Part shown: piece after piece, positions 1 to 13,952 of the stretch
How positions within the stretch are numbered: position 1 is the stretch's first letter
Layout of the letters: each line of letters opens with the position of its first letter
Program-made: the position numbers and the translations under genes
Notes under the pieces: model-generated
What the model was told of the DNA's origin: nothing
The model's database searches: none
The model's input: only the letters and a program-made list of their open reading frames with translations
DNA from: Paraspadella gotoi
Taxonomy: Eukaryota > Animalia > Chaetognatha
Length of the DNA: 64,000 nucleotides
Direction of reading: 5' to 3'
NCBI GenBank assembly: GCA_051294375.1
Contig: CM119265.1
Coordinates: 20,556,221-20,620,220, forward strand

Positions 1-814
1 TGCAATTCTTCGTCTCATTTCCCACCTTACCTTTTCTCGTCCGACCTCACCTCAACTCGATCTAAACTCGCCCCACATCTCAAAAGGAAAAAAAANNNNN
101 NNNNNNNNNNNNNNNNNNNNNNNNNNNNNNNNNNNNNNNNNNNNNNNNNNNNNNNNNNNNNNNNNNNNNNNNNNNNNNNNNNNNNNNNNNNNNNNNNNNN
201 NNNNNNNNNNNNNNNNNNNNNNNNNNNNNNNNNNNNNNNNNNNNNNNNNNNNNNNNNNNNNNNNNNNNNNNNNNNNNNNNNNNNTCTCTCTCTCTCTCTC
301 TCTTTCGCGTGAATTACTGTTGTAACGCGGGTAATTTAGCGCCGCGCCGACTGTTTGCCTAAGAAGTTCGAGGAAATGATGTTTTCCAATTTCTTTTTTT
401 TTCTTTTTATTTTTTTTTCTTTCTTTTTTTCAAAGGTCCATCCCCCTCCCCCCGAGTTTTTTTTTCTACTTATTTTCAAGAGTCCGACTTTTTTTTTATA
501 TTTTTCAAGGGAAAGGGAGACAGGGGGCGATCCGGGCCGAGTCGTTTGGGCTGAAGGGGTCTTGAGGTCTAAATACCGGGGATAACGACCCACGTGCCGA
601 AAGAGCGATAGGTAAGGCGAGGGAAAGCAGGGTAGGGAGAGAGAAAAAAAACTCTCTTTACTCACCCGGGCTGTTTTCTCGACTTTAAATTGTAAAGAAA
701 ATAAGTAAGGAAAAAAGGTAAGGAAGGAAAGTGAGTCGGCGAGTCTCTCGCGTCTCTAAACTCGAGCCAAGAAAATTTCTTCACGTTTGTTATGGGAATA
801 AAGAAGAAAAAAAA
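1..814 (-). repeat. Inverted duplicate of about 4412-5183 (gap-interrupted)
   Basis: Reverse complement matches throughout (e.g. 1-23 vs 5161-5183; 661-682 vs about 4553-4574), with mostly indel differences. Confidence 0.9.
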
Positions 815-1974
815 NNNNNNNNNNNNNNNNNNNNNNNNNNNNNNNNNNNNNNNNNNNNNNNNNNNNNNNNNNNNNNNNNNNNNNNNNNNNNNNNNNNNNN
901 NNNNNNNNNNNNNNNNNNNNNNNNNNNNNNNNNNNNNNNNNNNNNNNNNNNNNNNNNNNNNNNNNNNNNNNNNNNNNNNNNNNNNNNNNNNNNNNNNNNN
1001 NNNNNNNNNNNNNNNNNNNNNNNNNNNNNNNNNNNNNNNNNNNNNNNNNNNNNNNNNNNNNNNNNNNNNNNNNNNNNNNNNNNNNNNNNNNNNNNNNNNN
1101 NNNNNNNNNNNNNNNNNNNNNNNNNNNNNNNNNNNNNNNNNNNNNNNNNNNNNNNNNNNNNNNNNNNNNNNNNNNNNNNNNNNNNNNNNNNNNNNNNNNN
1201 NNNNNNNNNNNNNNNNNNNNNNNNNNNNNNNNNNNNNNNNNNNNNNNNNNNNNNNNNNNNNNNNNNNNNNNNNNNNNNNNNNNNNNNNNNNNNNNNNNNN
1301 NNNNNNNNNNNNNNNNNNNNNNNNNNNNNNNNNNNNNNNNNNNNNNNNNNNNNNNNNNNNNNNNNNNNNNNNNNNNNNNNNNNNNNNNNNNNNNNNNNNN
1401 NNNNNNNNNNNNNNNNNNNNNNNNNNNNNNNNNNNNNNNNNNNNNNNNNNNNNNNNNNNNNNNNNNNNNNNNNNNNNNNNNNNNNNNNNNNNNNNNNNNN
1501 NNNNNNNNNNNNNNNNNNNNNNNNNNNNNNNNNNNNNNNNNNNNNNNNNNNNNNNNNNNNNNNNNNNNNNNNNNNNNNNNNNNNNNNNNNNNNNNNNNNN
1601 NNNNNNNNNNNNNNNNNNNNNNNNNNNNNNNNNNNNNNNNNNNNNNNNNNNNNNNNNNNNNNNNNNNNGAGAGAGAGAGAGAGAATCTACTTTTGTCGCC
1701 TTCGTTTCTGTCGATTTACTTTCTCGCGTTTGAGTCGCAGTTAATTTCCTTCTTTTGCTCTTTTGTTGTCGACGATGAGTTTTGATCCTCGGAAGGCGAA
1801 AGGATTGTCGTTGTTGTTGTTTTCGTCTTCAATGTCGTCGTAGTCGTCGTCAATAACAAACTCCTTCACCTTGGGTGCTTCGAGATTTTTTGCTGACCTG
1901 TCTATATGTCAATATATTTGGACGACTAATTCCATTTTTCCTCCAGTCTTCTGATTCTTCGTATAATCATGAAA

Positions 1975-2345
1975 TAAACCAACTAACTAATTTTACAATC
2001 AACCAACCAACCTATTATCCAATCAACCAACCGATTATCCAATCAACCAACCGTCCAATCATCAAATCAATAAATCACTCGATCATAAAATAAACCGACC
2101 ATCCAAATCCCCAATCCATAATCATTTCAATCATTAAATCAACCAACTACCCAATTATCCAACCATCCAATCATCAAATCAACCAACTCTCCTACCATCC
2201 AATCATCTAATCAATCAACATTTCAATCATCAATTCAACTAACTATCCAATTTTCCAACAATCCAATCATCAAATCAACCCACTCTCCAACCATCCAATC
2301 ATATAATCAATCAACATTTCAATCATCAAATCAACCAACCATTGC
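1975..2345. repeat. Degenerate AACC/AATC low-complexity repeat
   Basis: Repeated CCAATCATCAAATCAACC-like units, almost G-free on the + strand. Confidence 0.8.
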
Positions 2346-2737
2346 CTCCACTCCAGCCTTGCCATCCTCCTAACGGCGTCGAAACTTCTCCCTCGAATCC
2401 CAAAAGATCTTTTGCAAAACACGGGAGAGAGAGAGAGAGAGAGAGTCGTACTCGAGTACAACCTCACATAAAGCTCGTTTTATTTCTCGACCAGTTGGTT
2501 GGCTTTTCTAGAATTCGTTCCATCAGCTTTTAAGGTTTGTTTCATTCCTTCCACTTGTAATCAAGTTGGTTTCGTTAATATCGTTCTTCGTTCTCTCATC
2601 CTCTGCATGAAACTTCTTCTCTCTCCTCCTAAAACTCTCATCCTCTCTGTCATCCTCTCTTTCGTGCTTTCATCCTCTCTCTCCTCTACCCATCCTCTCT
2701 TTCCTACTCTCATCCTCTCGTTCAACGAGACGTGGAT

Positions 2738-2791
2738 ATGTTTTCCGAGAAATTCTTCGCCCGAGTTGCGAATCAATGGATCCGAAAGAAG
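2738..2791 (+). CDS. Weak candidate first coding exon (MFSEKFFARVANQWIRKK), phase 0
   Basis: ATG-led open frame ending at consensus AAG|GTGAGT in the phase exon A requires. More consensus donors at 2822 and 2863. No recognisable homology. Confidence 0.15.
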
Positions 2792-3577
2792 GTGAGTTTC
2801 GTCGGCTTGCGTTTCGTGTGGGTAAGTCGCTGTGTGTGCGAGGAGGGGTGAGAACCGCGAGGGTGAGTAGACGAGGTTTTATAGTCCTGGAGTTTTTGAA
2901 AGCGAATTGGTTGTGGTGAGGTGAGGTAAAGTTTTAGGGATTCGTTTCAAAGAATAAGTTTTTTTTAGCGCATTGAATCTTAAGGCGCTGAAGGTGCGAA
3001 CGACGAAAGTGTTTGGAAAGATAATCCAAATTGCTTCATATTGTTAAAATTTAGGACTTTCCCGTTGCCACGGATGTTTATTTTTAGATTACCTAGATTT
3101 CTCGCTTCCTAATTATATTTTCTCAATATATCCTCCTTTCTTAAGCTTCTTCATATTATTTCTTCCTTCCTTTTTTTCTCCACCTTTTCTTTCATTTCTT
3201 TCTTCCTTCCTTCCTTATTTTATTCTTTCCGTTCCTTACTCTTTCTTCTTTCGACTTCATTTCTGACCACCCGAATTTCACGACGAGTTACCGTTTTAGA
3301 AAAAACTTTTTTTTTTAATCAGGACGAAATGACAATTCGAAAATCTCTTCTCTTCTCCCGCCCCTTTCCCTCCCCCCTTTCTTCCTCTCCTTTCCTCGCC
3401 TTCCGCCTCCGCCTTCCTTCGATTCGCTCTTCAATCTCACCGCTGGACCGAACTTCCTCACTTTATATCAAAGGAACTCACTAACTTAACCATCGCTCTA
3501 CCTCAACCCTGTCTCAGTTGGTTTCGATTTTCGGCAGTCGTCAAACACCTCATCCTTCAAAATTTTAATTTACTCCT

Positions 3578-3659
<82 letters not shown>

Positions 3660-5396
3660 TCTCTCCTTTTTCTCTCGTCTCTCATCTCTCTCTGCTCTCT
3701 CTCTCTCATCCGTCCTCAATCATACTGTTGTCATTTTGGTTTACGTCGTTATCATAAACAAATATAAAATCCACGCTACAGAAACGAAAGGGGAATACTA
3801 CTTTTCGCTTTGCCCCCCCCCTCCTGTCCCCTTTTCTACCCCCCCCCCCTCCTCCTCTCTCTCGCGCCATTCATAGAGAACTAGCGTCGCGCGAGAAAAT
3901 TTAATGGACGGGAGATGTTGAGAAAGAGAGAATAGCGAGAGAATTAAACGAGAGAATGTTTATGAAACTGTTCGAGGATAGCGAAAGGGTTTTTGTCACG
4001 GGGGTAGCGACGAAAACTTGCAATCTCAAAGCTTAACGATGGCCTCGTGAAGGAATATAGATTAGCGTGACGGAAATCATTTGGTGAAATTGGTAAATAT
4101 ATGTACAATTGTACATAGCTTAAATTCCGTGTGGAAAATGGCTCACGATCGTCACACAACGCAAATATTTAGCTCCTAGCCTTTTGGATTATTTTAATGA
4201 AGACGACTTGCCCGTTGTTAGATTAAAAAGTATTACTTTAAATTTTAACAAGTTATAAAGTTTACAAACTGCGCGGCCTTTTACAGCGTACAACAAAAAC
4301 TATTCGCCTCCACCTCCATCGAAAACGTAACACGCTCGCTTAGGTCTGCCGGGGGTGATTAAAGGCGCATGTTTTTCTGCCGAATTTAGATTCGCCAATG
4401 AAAAAAAAAACGTTTTTTTTCCTTCTTTTATTCCCATAAACAAACGTGGAAGAAATTTTCTTGGCTCGAGTTCAGCGACGACAGAGAGACTCGCCGACTC
4501 AGCTTTCGCTTCTTACCTTTTTTCCTTACTTATTTTCTTTAACAATTTATAAGTCGAGAAAACAGCCCGGGTGAGTAAAGAGAGTTTTTTTTTTCTCTCT
4601 CCCTACCCTGCTTTTTCCTCGCCTTTACCTATCGCTCTTTTTCGGCAGCGTGGGTCGTTATCCCCGGTATTTAGACTCTAGACGCCCTTCAGCCTCAAAC
4701 AACTCGGCCCGGATCGCCCCCTGTCTCCCTTTCCCTTAAAAAATATTTTTTAAAAATGCGGACTCTTGAAAATAAGTAGAAAAAAAAACTCGGGGGAAGG
4801 GGGATGGACCTTTGAAAAAAAGACAGAAAAAAAATATAAAAGAAAAAAAAAGAAAATTGAGAAAACATCATTTCCTCGAACTTCTTAGGGCAAACGTCGG
4901 CCGCGGCGCTAAATTACCCGCGTTACAACAGTAATTCGACTGCGAAAAGAGAAAAGGAGGTAGAGAGAGAGAAGAGGAGGGGTAAAGGTGGGTGAGGAAC
5001 GTGAGAGGTACGGGGTCAGGTGGGGCGACGGGGTAAAGTTGAAAAGCGGGGATCGATGGCTCGCGGGCCACAAGGTTCGATGACCCTTTTTTTTTTCCTT
5101 TTGAGATGTGGGGGCGAGTTTAGATCGGTTGAGGTGAGGTCGAGCGAGAAAAGGTAGGTGGGAAATGAGACGGAAGAATTGCAAGGAGGGTAAAGGATGG
5201 AAAAAAAAGGAAAGGGAGGAAAAGAAGGGAAAGGGAGGAAAAGAAGGGGGTGGAAAAGGAAAGACGGATGAAGTTTAGGTTTAAAGAGAGGAAAAAAAAT
5301 CTTTCCTTGCTTCGTCGAGTAAAGATTCGAATTCCGGATTTAAGTGAGTTGTTAACAAAAAGGCTAAAAAGAGCGAGAGGACTTGAAAAGACAAGA

Positions 5397-5482
<86 letters not shown>

Positions 5483-6185
5483 ATGCTGTTTCACTCGCAG
5501 GATCTCTCAAGTATTCATCCTAGAAAATGGCGGGTCATTGAATAAGAAAAAAAAAAAAAAAACGGCAGGCGAGAAAAATTTTTTCCGATAAAAGAACTTA
5601 AAAAAAAAAAAAAGAATAAAGGATCACACGTAAACGGGATTCGTTTCTCGAATTAAGGTATAATCCACTCTAAACATTACGCGACGGTCAAAAAATAGAA
5701 GTAATGGCTCCATTTTTGGAGGGCGGAATAAGGAATGAGCCCCGCGGTGGAGGGAAATCTGGGGTGTGCTCGGCAGAGCCGGCGAAGGTTAATGCGGGGA
5801 AGACAGAAGGCGAGATCGTGGATGCATTGGAATTTGATGCAGAAGGGGCCTTTGATGTTTAAGGATGCCCGTAAGACCTCCATGCAGACCAAATCAGTTT
5901 TGGTGACTGAATTGTTTTATCGACTGGTCTGTTTGGATTGTTGGAAGCGACGATTATTCAGTTTCACAGGACATTTGACCGGACTCGTGATGAAAGGGGG
6001 GGGGGTATGTGTTGAAAATACGAGTCGGTTCCTCGGTGTTCTCTCGGTTTTTGTGATATGGGACGAAAAGGGTTTTTAACGGGGAACTCGGGAAAACGAC
6101 TTTGAAGAATTTGAGACGGGGCAAACGATCGGTTGGGTGGCGACAAATGTTCAAGCGAGAGGAGAGAGAGAGAAGGGAAGAGAGA

Positions 6186-6221
<36 letters not shown>

Positions 6222-6237
6222 AGAGGAGGGGCGGTGG

Positions 6238-6274
<37 letters not shown>

Positions 6275-6476
6275 TTCGATGGCGGGCGGGTTCGAGGTAG
6301 GTTGACATAAAAAAAAATAAAAACATAAAAAATACAATGGCTCTGCTTCCCTTCAAAAAAAAAAAGAAACTAAAAAAACAGCAGGAAAATCAAAACATCA
6401 CAGACCTGTGGGAGTAGAGCAGAGATAGAGAGAAGAGAGAGGAGAGAAGAGAGAGAGAGGAGAGAGAGAGAGAGAC

Positions 6477-6525
<49 letters not shown>

Positions 6526-7456
6526 AAGAGAGAAAGCCAAAGGTGGGATATTCGTTTCTTATTTTTTAGAGCCAAACTCGTACATGCAAATATGAGCGTG
6601 AGCGTCGTAAATAACTCCAACTGCTCATTTTCGGGAGAACATTGAGCCCAGAAAAAGAAAAAAAAAAAGAAAGAAAAGAAGTTCTCTGCTCCATTTTCTC
6701 TTCGTGTGCGCGAAGAACCTTTTTTTTTTTTTACTTAAGCCTTAAGTCATATACTTTTTTTTTTTACTTCATTAACTTTCTCTCCTTCTCTCTTTCTCTT
6801 TCTCTTAAAAAACCTCTTCTTCTCCTGTTTCTTCCTCTCATTTTCAATTTCTTCTTTCTTCTCAAAGACATTTTTTAAAAGAATTTGTGTCATCGTCAAA
6901 CTTTTATTTCGGATCCCGTGACCGGACTTACCCCCCTTCGTTCCCTCCCCCCCCCTCGATCTCCGCAGCTGAACATTACCAGAACGAGCGACGACCTTTG
7001 TTTTGAGAAGAGTAAACAAAATATTTACGTCGAGCAGATTTTGCCTTTCGAATTTTTTCCATCCGTTTTTTTTACTCTTCTTCCGCCTTCGTTTAAACTT
7101 TGAAAATCGCCTCCGCCTTGCTTCTCTTTGCTCTCTATCTCTCTCTCTCTCTCAATCATCTTCTCGCACATTCTCGACTCTTCTCCTCCTCACTCTCACA
7201 GTAAAGTACGTAGCTCATATCAGTACCTCTCAATTCCCTCTCCTCTCTCTCCTCTCTCTTCATCTCTCTCCTCTCGTCTCACTCTATCTTTTTTTTCGAG
7301 ACTTTTTTTTTTTACCGGGATAAAAAAACAGTTTTTTAAAGACATTTTTCAACGCCGCACAGGGATTTTTTTGTTTCAAATTCCCTCTGAGCTTCGTTTT
7401 TTGGTCAATCTGAGAGAGAGATAGAGAGAGTAGAGAGGGAGAGAGAGAAGAGAGAG

Positions 7457-7493
<37 letters not shown>

Positions 7494-8231
7494 AACATAC
7501 AGAGCCTGCAAGAAATCAAGGGTCCCGAAATAGGCCGCAGCGAAATTAAAGTCGAACCAAATCGTTTTTAACTGTTCGACATAAAATTAAAAGTGGAAGA
7601 AAAATCTCGAATCGAATGGGCGATTCAGCCATCGGTCCTCAAGAAAATACTCTATACAAATCGGAAAAAATTAAAATTGGGGAAAAAAAAACAGCGCGAA
7701 ACGAATTAGCGAGTGACTACGGAGGTCAGCGAGTCCTTTAAAGAGGTCCGTCGGGTATTCACTCTCACGCTTTTCTTCACAAGTCGTGTAAAATTCTCTA
7801 TTACAGTTTTTTGTTATTTGTGCGCATAATGAAAAAATGTCATTCGATAACGCTTTATGTTAGACGCCAAATCTGATATTTTTTACTTTTTCTTCATATT
7901 CACTTTCCGACCGCCTATGACTTTCTCCATCATGGCCCCGAACGTTTTCGGATACATACCGGCTTGTCTTTTTGGTACAATAAATCGGCACATCGGTACA
8001 GACTTGGCAAGATCTGAGAAAACATTGCGTGAAAATTCTCATGATTGAATTCAATTTCATTGCATTGCGTTGTTGCCTCAGTAAAAAAAAGTGCGGTCCA
8101 AACTATTACGGGTAGTTGGTTGAATCAAACCTTCACTTGTTAAGATTAGTTCTTCTTTCGATTCTCTTTGTCTATAAGGCCTACCTTTTCGTCTCTGCCC
8201 CAGGGTTGAGAACATGGAGAACCGCCGGTCC

Positions 8232-8310
8232 CTAGCTGCGGGATTCGAACCCTTCAGGCTTGTTGTCCTGACCCCTGTGCTCTCGACCTATTGACCTTAA
8301 CTGAAGCTGG
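8232..8310 (-). mobile_element. tRNA-derived SINE head or degenerate tRNA-like element
   Basis: Minus strand has B-box GGGTTCGAATCCC (8253-8241) and a degenerate A-box TAAGGTCAATAGG (8299-8287) at tRNA-like spacing. No convincing cloverleaf. Confidence 0.4.
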
Positions 8311-8438
8311 GTTCATCAATGTGGTGATCAAGAGGTTGTTCATGAAACATAAGGATGGCAGTGAGAGAGAGAGAGAGAGAGGAAGGAGCAGAGGAGAGAG
8401 AGAAGAGAGAGAGNNNNNNNNNNNNNNNNNNNNNNNNN

Positions 8439-10525
8439 CAATGGCGAAAAAGGGGCATTTTGTCGGATATGTTGTTTTGTTTTTCGTCTTCAAATTCGCA
8501 TCGTCTGTAGTCGTCGGTTTTCATAATTTTAAACAAACTACCCTTCAACAACCTTGGGGGCTTCGTAGAGGAATTTTTTAGACCGAACCAGTCTATATTG
8601 TACAATATTTATAAATAGATACCCTTTTGCTGACGACTAATTCCAATTTTCCTCCAGTGTCATCCGTTTCTCTTCGTCACAAATTTCATGAATAAGATAT
8701 ACACACAATTAATCCAGTCAACCCACCGTTCCAATAATTCAATATCAATCAATCCACATCGATCATAAAATAAACCGAACAGCATCACACATCTCCCCAA
8801 TCCATAATCAATTCAAATCATCAAAGATCAAACCGAACTAAAATCTCAATTATCCAACCAACTCCAATCATCAATATCAACCAGACTCTCCAACCATCCA
8901 GATCATATAATCAATCAACATTTCAATCATCAAATCATACCAACTACTCCAATAATCCAACTCAGTACCAAATCAATTAAATCTTACCAACATTATCAAT
9001 TCATCAAAATCAACCAACCATGATGCGCTCCACTCCAGCTCCTTTGCCATCCTCCAAACGAGCGTCGAAAACTTTCTCCCTCGAATCACCAAAAGATATA
9101 CTTTTGCAAAAACAACGGGGTTTCTTTCTGTGTCACTATCGATTGTAGAGAAGAGGAGAGAGGTAGAACTGAGAGAGAGAGAGCGAGAAGAGAGAGAGAG
9201 AGAGAGAGAGAAGTAAGAGAAAAAGACGAGAGAGAGTACAGGAGAGTTCGTACCTCGAGACAACCCTCACATAAAGCTCGCTTATATTTCCTCGACCAGA
9301 ATGGTGGCTTTTCTAGAATTCGTTTCCATCAGCTATTTAAGGGTATATGTTTCATTCTACTCACTCTTTGTAATCAATGGTTTCGTTAAATATCGTTCTT
9401 CGTTCTCTCAATCCTCCTGCATGAAACTTCTTCTCTCTTACTCTTTAAAAACTCTCATCCTCTCTTTGACATCTCTCTTTCGTGCCCTTTCATCTCTCTC
9501 TCTCCTCTACCATCCTCTCTATTCCCATACTCTCATCTCTACGATATCAACGAGACGTGGAATATGATTTTCCGAGAAATATCTTCGCCCCGAGTTGCGA
9601 CATCAATGATCCGAAAGAAGGTGAGTTCATCGCGCTTGCGTTTCCATTGTGGCGTAAAGCGCTGGTGATGATGCGAGGACGGTGTGTAGAACCGCGAGGT
9701 TGAGTCGACGAAGGTTTTTATAGTCCTGGAGTTTTTGGAAAGCGAATGGTTTGTGGTGAGGTGCAGGTAAAGATTTAGGATTCTTTCAAAGAATAAGTTT
9801 TATTTTTAGCGCATTGAATCTTATAAGGCGGCTTGAAGGTGCGAACGACGAAAGTGTTTGGTGAAGTATAATCCAATAATTGGCTTTCATTATTCTTAAA
9901 ATTTAGGACTTTCCCCGTTAGCCCACGGACTCTATGTTATTTTTAGATTACCTAGATTTCTCGCTTCCTATATTAATTTCTCAATTGATTTTCGTACCTT
10001 ATTTCTTCTTCACTCTATATTCTCTTAAGCTTCTTCATATTATTTCTTCCCTTCTTTATTTTCTCCACCTTTTGCTTTCATTTTCTTTCATATTCCTTCC
10101 TTATTTTTATTCTTCCTTCCTTACTTTTCTCTTTTTCGACTTCATTTCTGACCCCACCCGAATTTCCATCGAGTTACCGTTTTGAAAAAACTTTTTTTTT
10201 AATCAGAGAAATCGAACAATTCGAAATCTCTTCTTCCTTCTCCCGCTCCCTTTCCTCCCCCCTTTTTCCTCTCCTTTCCTCGCCTTCCGACCTCACCTCC
10301 TTCGAATTCGCTTCAATTTACCACCGCTGACCGAATTCCTCACTTTAATCAAAGGAACTCATAACTTACCATTCGCCTCTACCTCACCCTGTCTCAGTTG
10401 GTTTCGATTCGCGTCGCAACACCTCATCCTTCAAAATTTTAATTTATCTTTCTCTCTCTACTCTCTCTCTTCTCATCTCTCTCTTCTCTCTCTCTCTCTC
10501 CTCTTCTCTCTCTCTACTTCTCTCA
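8439..10525 (+). repeat. Error-rich direct duplicate of about 1795-3600
   Basis: Colinear match with many single-base insertions. Begins immediately after a 25-N gap and diverges from copy 1 at a (CT)n tract. Confidence 0.9.
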
Positions 10526-12751
10526 TCCTACTCCTTCTGTCGCTCCGCCTCACCCACTTTAAATGCATATGGCGAACCGTGCGGCCTCGCGCGATTTCGA
10601 AATCCCCAACTCCTTACTGCAAAAATCAGTTTTTCGCGCGGGATCGAAAAATCTCGCACGATAGAGATGGAGATGGATTGAAAAAGTGTTTCGGAAGAGA
10701 GAGGCAGAGAGAGAGAGAGGAGAAGAGAGAGAGAGAGATGAAGAGAAGAGAGAGAGGAGAGAGAGAGAGAGAAGAGAGGAGAAAAGGATCGACAAATTAG
10801 ACCCAGTTTCACGTAGTTATATATCAGAAATATTCCGGATGGGATTCTTATTTAACGTTTTTTAACTTTCTCTGTGTTTATTTTTAGGTTTCCTATCCTA
10901 CTAGACCAAATATGCCTAGTGTAAATATCCTACTACAAATGACAATATGAACGTTTTTATTTTTATTCTTATCTTTTCTTTCTTTCTTTCTTCTTTCTTT
11001 CTTTCTTGTTCTTCATTTCTTTCTTTCTTCTTTCTTTCTTCTTTCTTTAACTTACTTTCTTTCTTTCTTCTTCTTTCTTACTTTCTATTCAATCTCCCTT
11101 TTTCCTTCTTCTTCTTAATTTCTCCCTTTTCACGAATACGCAGTACTGAATAAGTATTTTCGCTGTCGAATCACTACTACCGAATTTCACCACCGATAAA
11201 TCTGAAAACATTAATTCTATGCGAATTTGCTTGATTACTTATTCTCGTGGACGTAAAAAACAAGAATACTAACGGTCAGAAGCGAAATGGAGTGAAGTTT
11301 TAGCGCAGGTTGATGCTAGCGGGAAATCAAGAAACTATCACCCAATAACAGGAGATGAAAAAAAGAACCAAACAGGTAAGGTAGAAATGAGACGTGCAGC
11401 GCAGAGAAGTGTTAGACAAATTGTGCGAAAACAAAAGTACGTGAAGTCTTCACCTTTATGTTAAATATGGTCTGTTTCTATGTCGACAAATTGGACAGAA
11501 ACGAAACCATCAATCACTTATTAATTCAATTTTTTTGAAATTTTGTCCTTGATCATGATCTGTGATCGTTAGCTTGTTCTGTTAAGATCTATCGATTTCT
11601 TTGTTCGCTCGAATAAAAAAAAAAAGAAATCAGATCTATACGATTGATCTACTTAGCGAAAAAAGAATCTCTCTACCCATCTCTCATACTCTCACATCTC
11701 TCTACTCTACTCATCTTCTCTCTCTCTTCTCGTCTCTACTCTCTCTCTCTCTCTTCTCTACTATCTCTTCCCTCTCTCTTGCTCTTCATACTCTCTACCG
11801 GCCACACGAGGATACAATGCTTCGGGTCCAAAGTGAAAGCCATATTAAACGAAATAAGAGAACAAACCTGACAGCTGATTTAAAACAATCTATCTATTAT
11901 CTATTCTTACGAGGACAGCGAATCACTTGAAATCAGAACCGCAAGGGCGAATATAAACTTTATCGATTTCGGGGGGAAATCGACCGTCACAAGTTCTCAC
12001 ATTTTATAACCGAAGTTGCAATCGGTTAACCTTCCCGCCGTCGAGGTCTGTTTACGAAAACAAAACAAAAAAATGGGGGAAAAAAAGAAAGAAAAGAAAA
12101 AAGAAACGCGGGAGAAGATTTTCACCGAGTCTCTATTTTTCATCTTTTCTGCGAAAAAGTTGTCTCCATGGTGTTGCCTCCTCCTCCTCCTTTGCCTTTC
12201 CTCCTCCTCCTCCTCCTCCTCCTCCTCCTCCTCTTTGCCTACCAACTCCAGAAAACTCGTCAGACTTTGTCAAGGTCGATTTGCAAATGGGACAATCTGG
12301 AAAGAGCCGCGGAACAAAGATTGGGGCAAAGAGGGAGGAAAGGAAAGAAGGAGAAAAAAAAAGGGAGAAATATGGGTGGAGGAAAAAAAGAAGGAAAGGC
12401 GTTGGAAAGGAAAAGGAAAAGGGAAAATCAGATGGAAAGGAAGTCGGAGGGAAAAATTGAGAAAATGAAGAGGAAAAAAGGAAAAAAAAAATTGTATCCG
12501 CGGAAGCAACGATACGCGAAAATGATATGAGGAAAGTAAACAGAAAAGGGTGAGAACGTTCACGGCGAAAGCAGAGGTAAGTTTCAGTTTTCGATCAAAC
12601 GTCGGCGACGTAAATTCTAAACTCACCTAAAGTGAAACTTTAAGTCTCGATAGGAAATAGATCTCCCGAATTACATTATCATAAAAAAGCCGTTACAAAG
12701 CAAAACAGAAACTGTTCGAGTCGAAGGAAAAGATTAAGAGTTTGTGTTGTG

Positions 12752-12754
<3 letters not shown>

Positions 12755-12832
<78 letters not shown>
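12755..12832. repeat. (GA)n microsatellite (representative of dozens, e.g. 21438-21512, 45949-46024, 57281-57395)
   Basis: Perfect dinucleotide run. Many N-gaps are flanked by such runs. Confidence 0.98.
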
Positions 12833-12837
<5 letters not shown>

Positions 12838-13075
12838 TTTAGTCAATCCATCAATTCGCTATGGCGTGGAAGATTTATCATATATCAATTGCACCTTTTC
12901 TGCTTGGATCCTCAAATTGTGCGTATTTAAATTTAGAATACATAACAAATAAAGGGAACAAGACCGAGTGAAGATATACTATACTGTACCAGAAATATTC
13001 ATTCTTACTATTATTACTATCGATCATGGAAGACTTTGGCAGACAAAAAAAAAACATTCTCAAAAACGTCAACTT

Positions 13076-13083
13076 CGTCGTTA

Positions 13084-13125
<42 letters not shown>

Positions 13126-13952
13126 GTTTCGTCTTCGTTATTGTCATCGACCCTTTTTATCTTTTTTTTCTTCGTCTCAAAGAAGAAAGCTCCGGCGAAG
13201 ATTCGTTTTAAAAAGTCCCGCAATAAAAACTTGATTAGTTTCATTTGACGCCGACGACGACGACGACGATGACGATGACGACGATGACGACGAACGCTAC
13301 TATTACGACTACAAAGAAGAAAATGGATAAAACGACGAAGGCGATGATAACGACGAAGAATGTAAGGATAACAAAAAATGACGGGAGACAACTAGAAAAC
13401 GATAAGACGATGACAAAGACGATAACTACATAGAGGACGCTGGCAATTTAACTACAAGAAAGCCGGCAATAACGACAACGATGACGATGAGGACGACGAT
13501 AACTACAAAGACTCTAAATACGACGATGATGACGATGACAATGTGTAAGAGATAGATTCTGAGAATAATACTAAATGAGATTGAGATTTCATCAATCTCA
13601 TTTGCATATAGTAGTAAGTCCTATTGTTTTTTGTACTGTATTATTTTTTGATTTTACACTGCTTTTCTATATTGTTTAGTAGTTTAATTGATTCATAGAT
13701 AACTTTGTGATAATTTGATAGTATAATTATGTTATTAATGATTGAGAAATAAAGGTAACTACCATTTAAAAAAAAAGACGCAATGGCAATTTAACTATAA
13801 ACTATATAGAAAGCAATAACGACAATGAAAACGTCGATGAGGATAAGTACGACGACAATAACTACAAAGACTACAATGCGATAGCACCCTACAAAGGCTA
13901 CTAGGAAGACGACGACGACGAAGAGAACGACGACGACGACGACGACGACGAC
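13076..13952. repeat. (CGT)n/(GAC)n trinucleotide-rich block (others at 16158-16203, 24400-24445, 30018-30059, 33575-33603)
   Basis: Perfect and degenerate GAC/GAT runs in both orientations. Confidence 0.9.

Noticed and set aside
8232-8310. Functional tRNA gene
   Set aside because: Only the B-box is clear; acceptor and anticodon stems cannot be folded convincingly. Kept as a possible SINE remnant.
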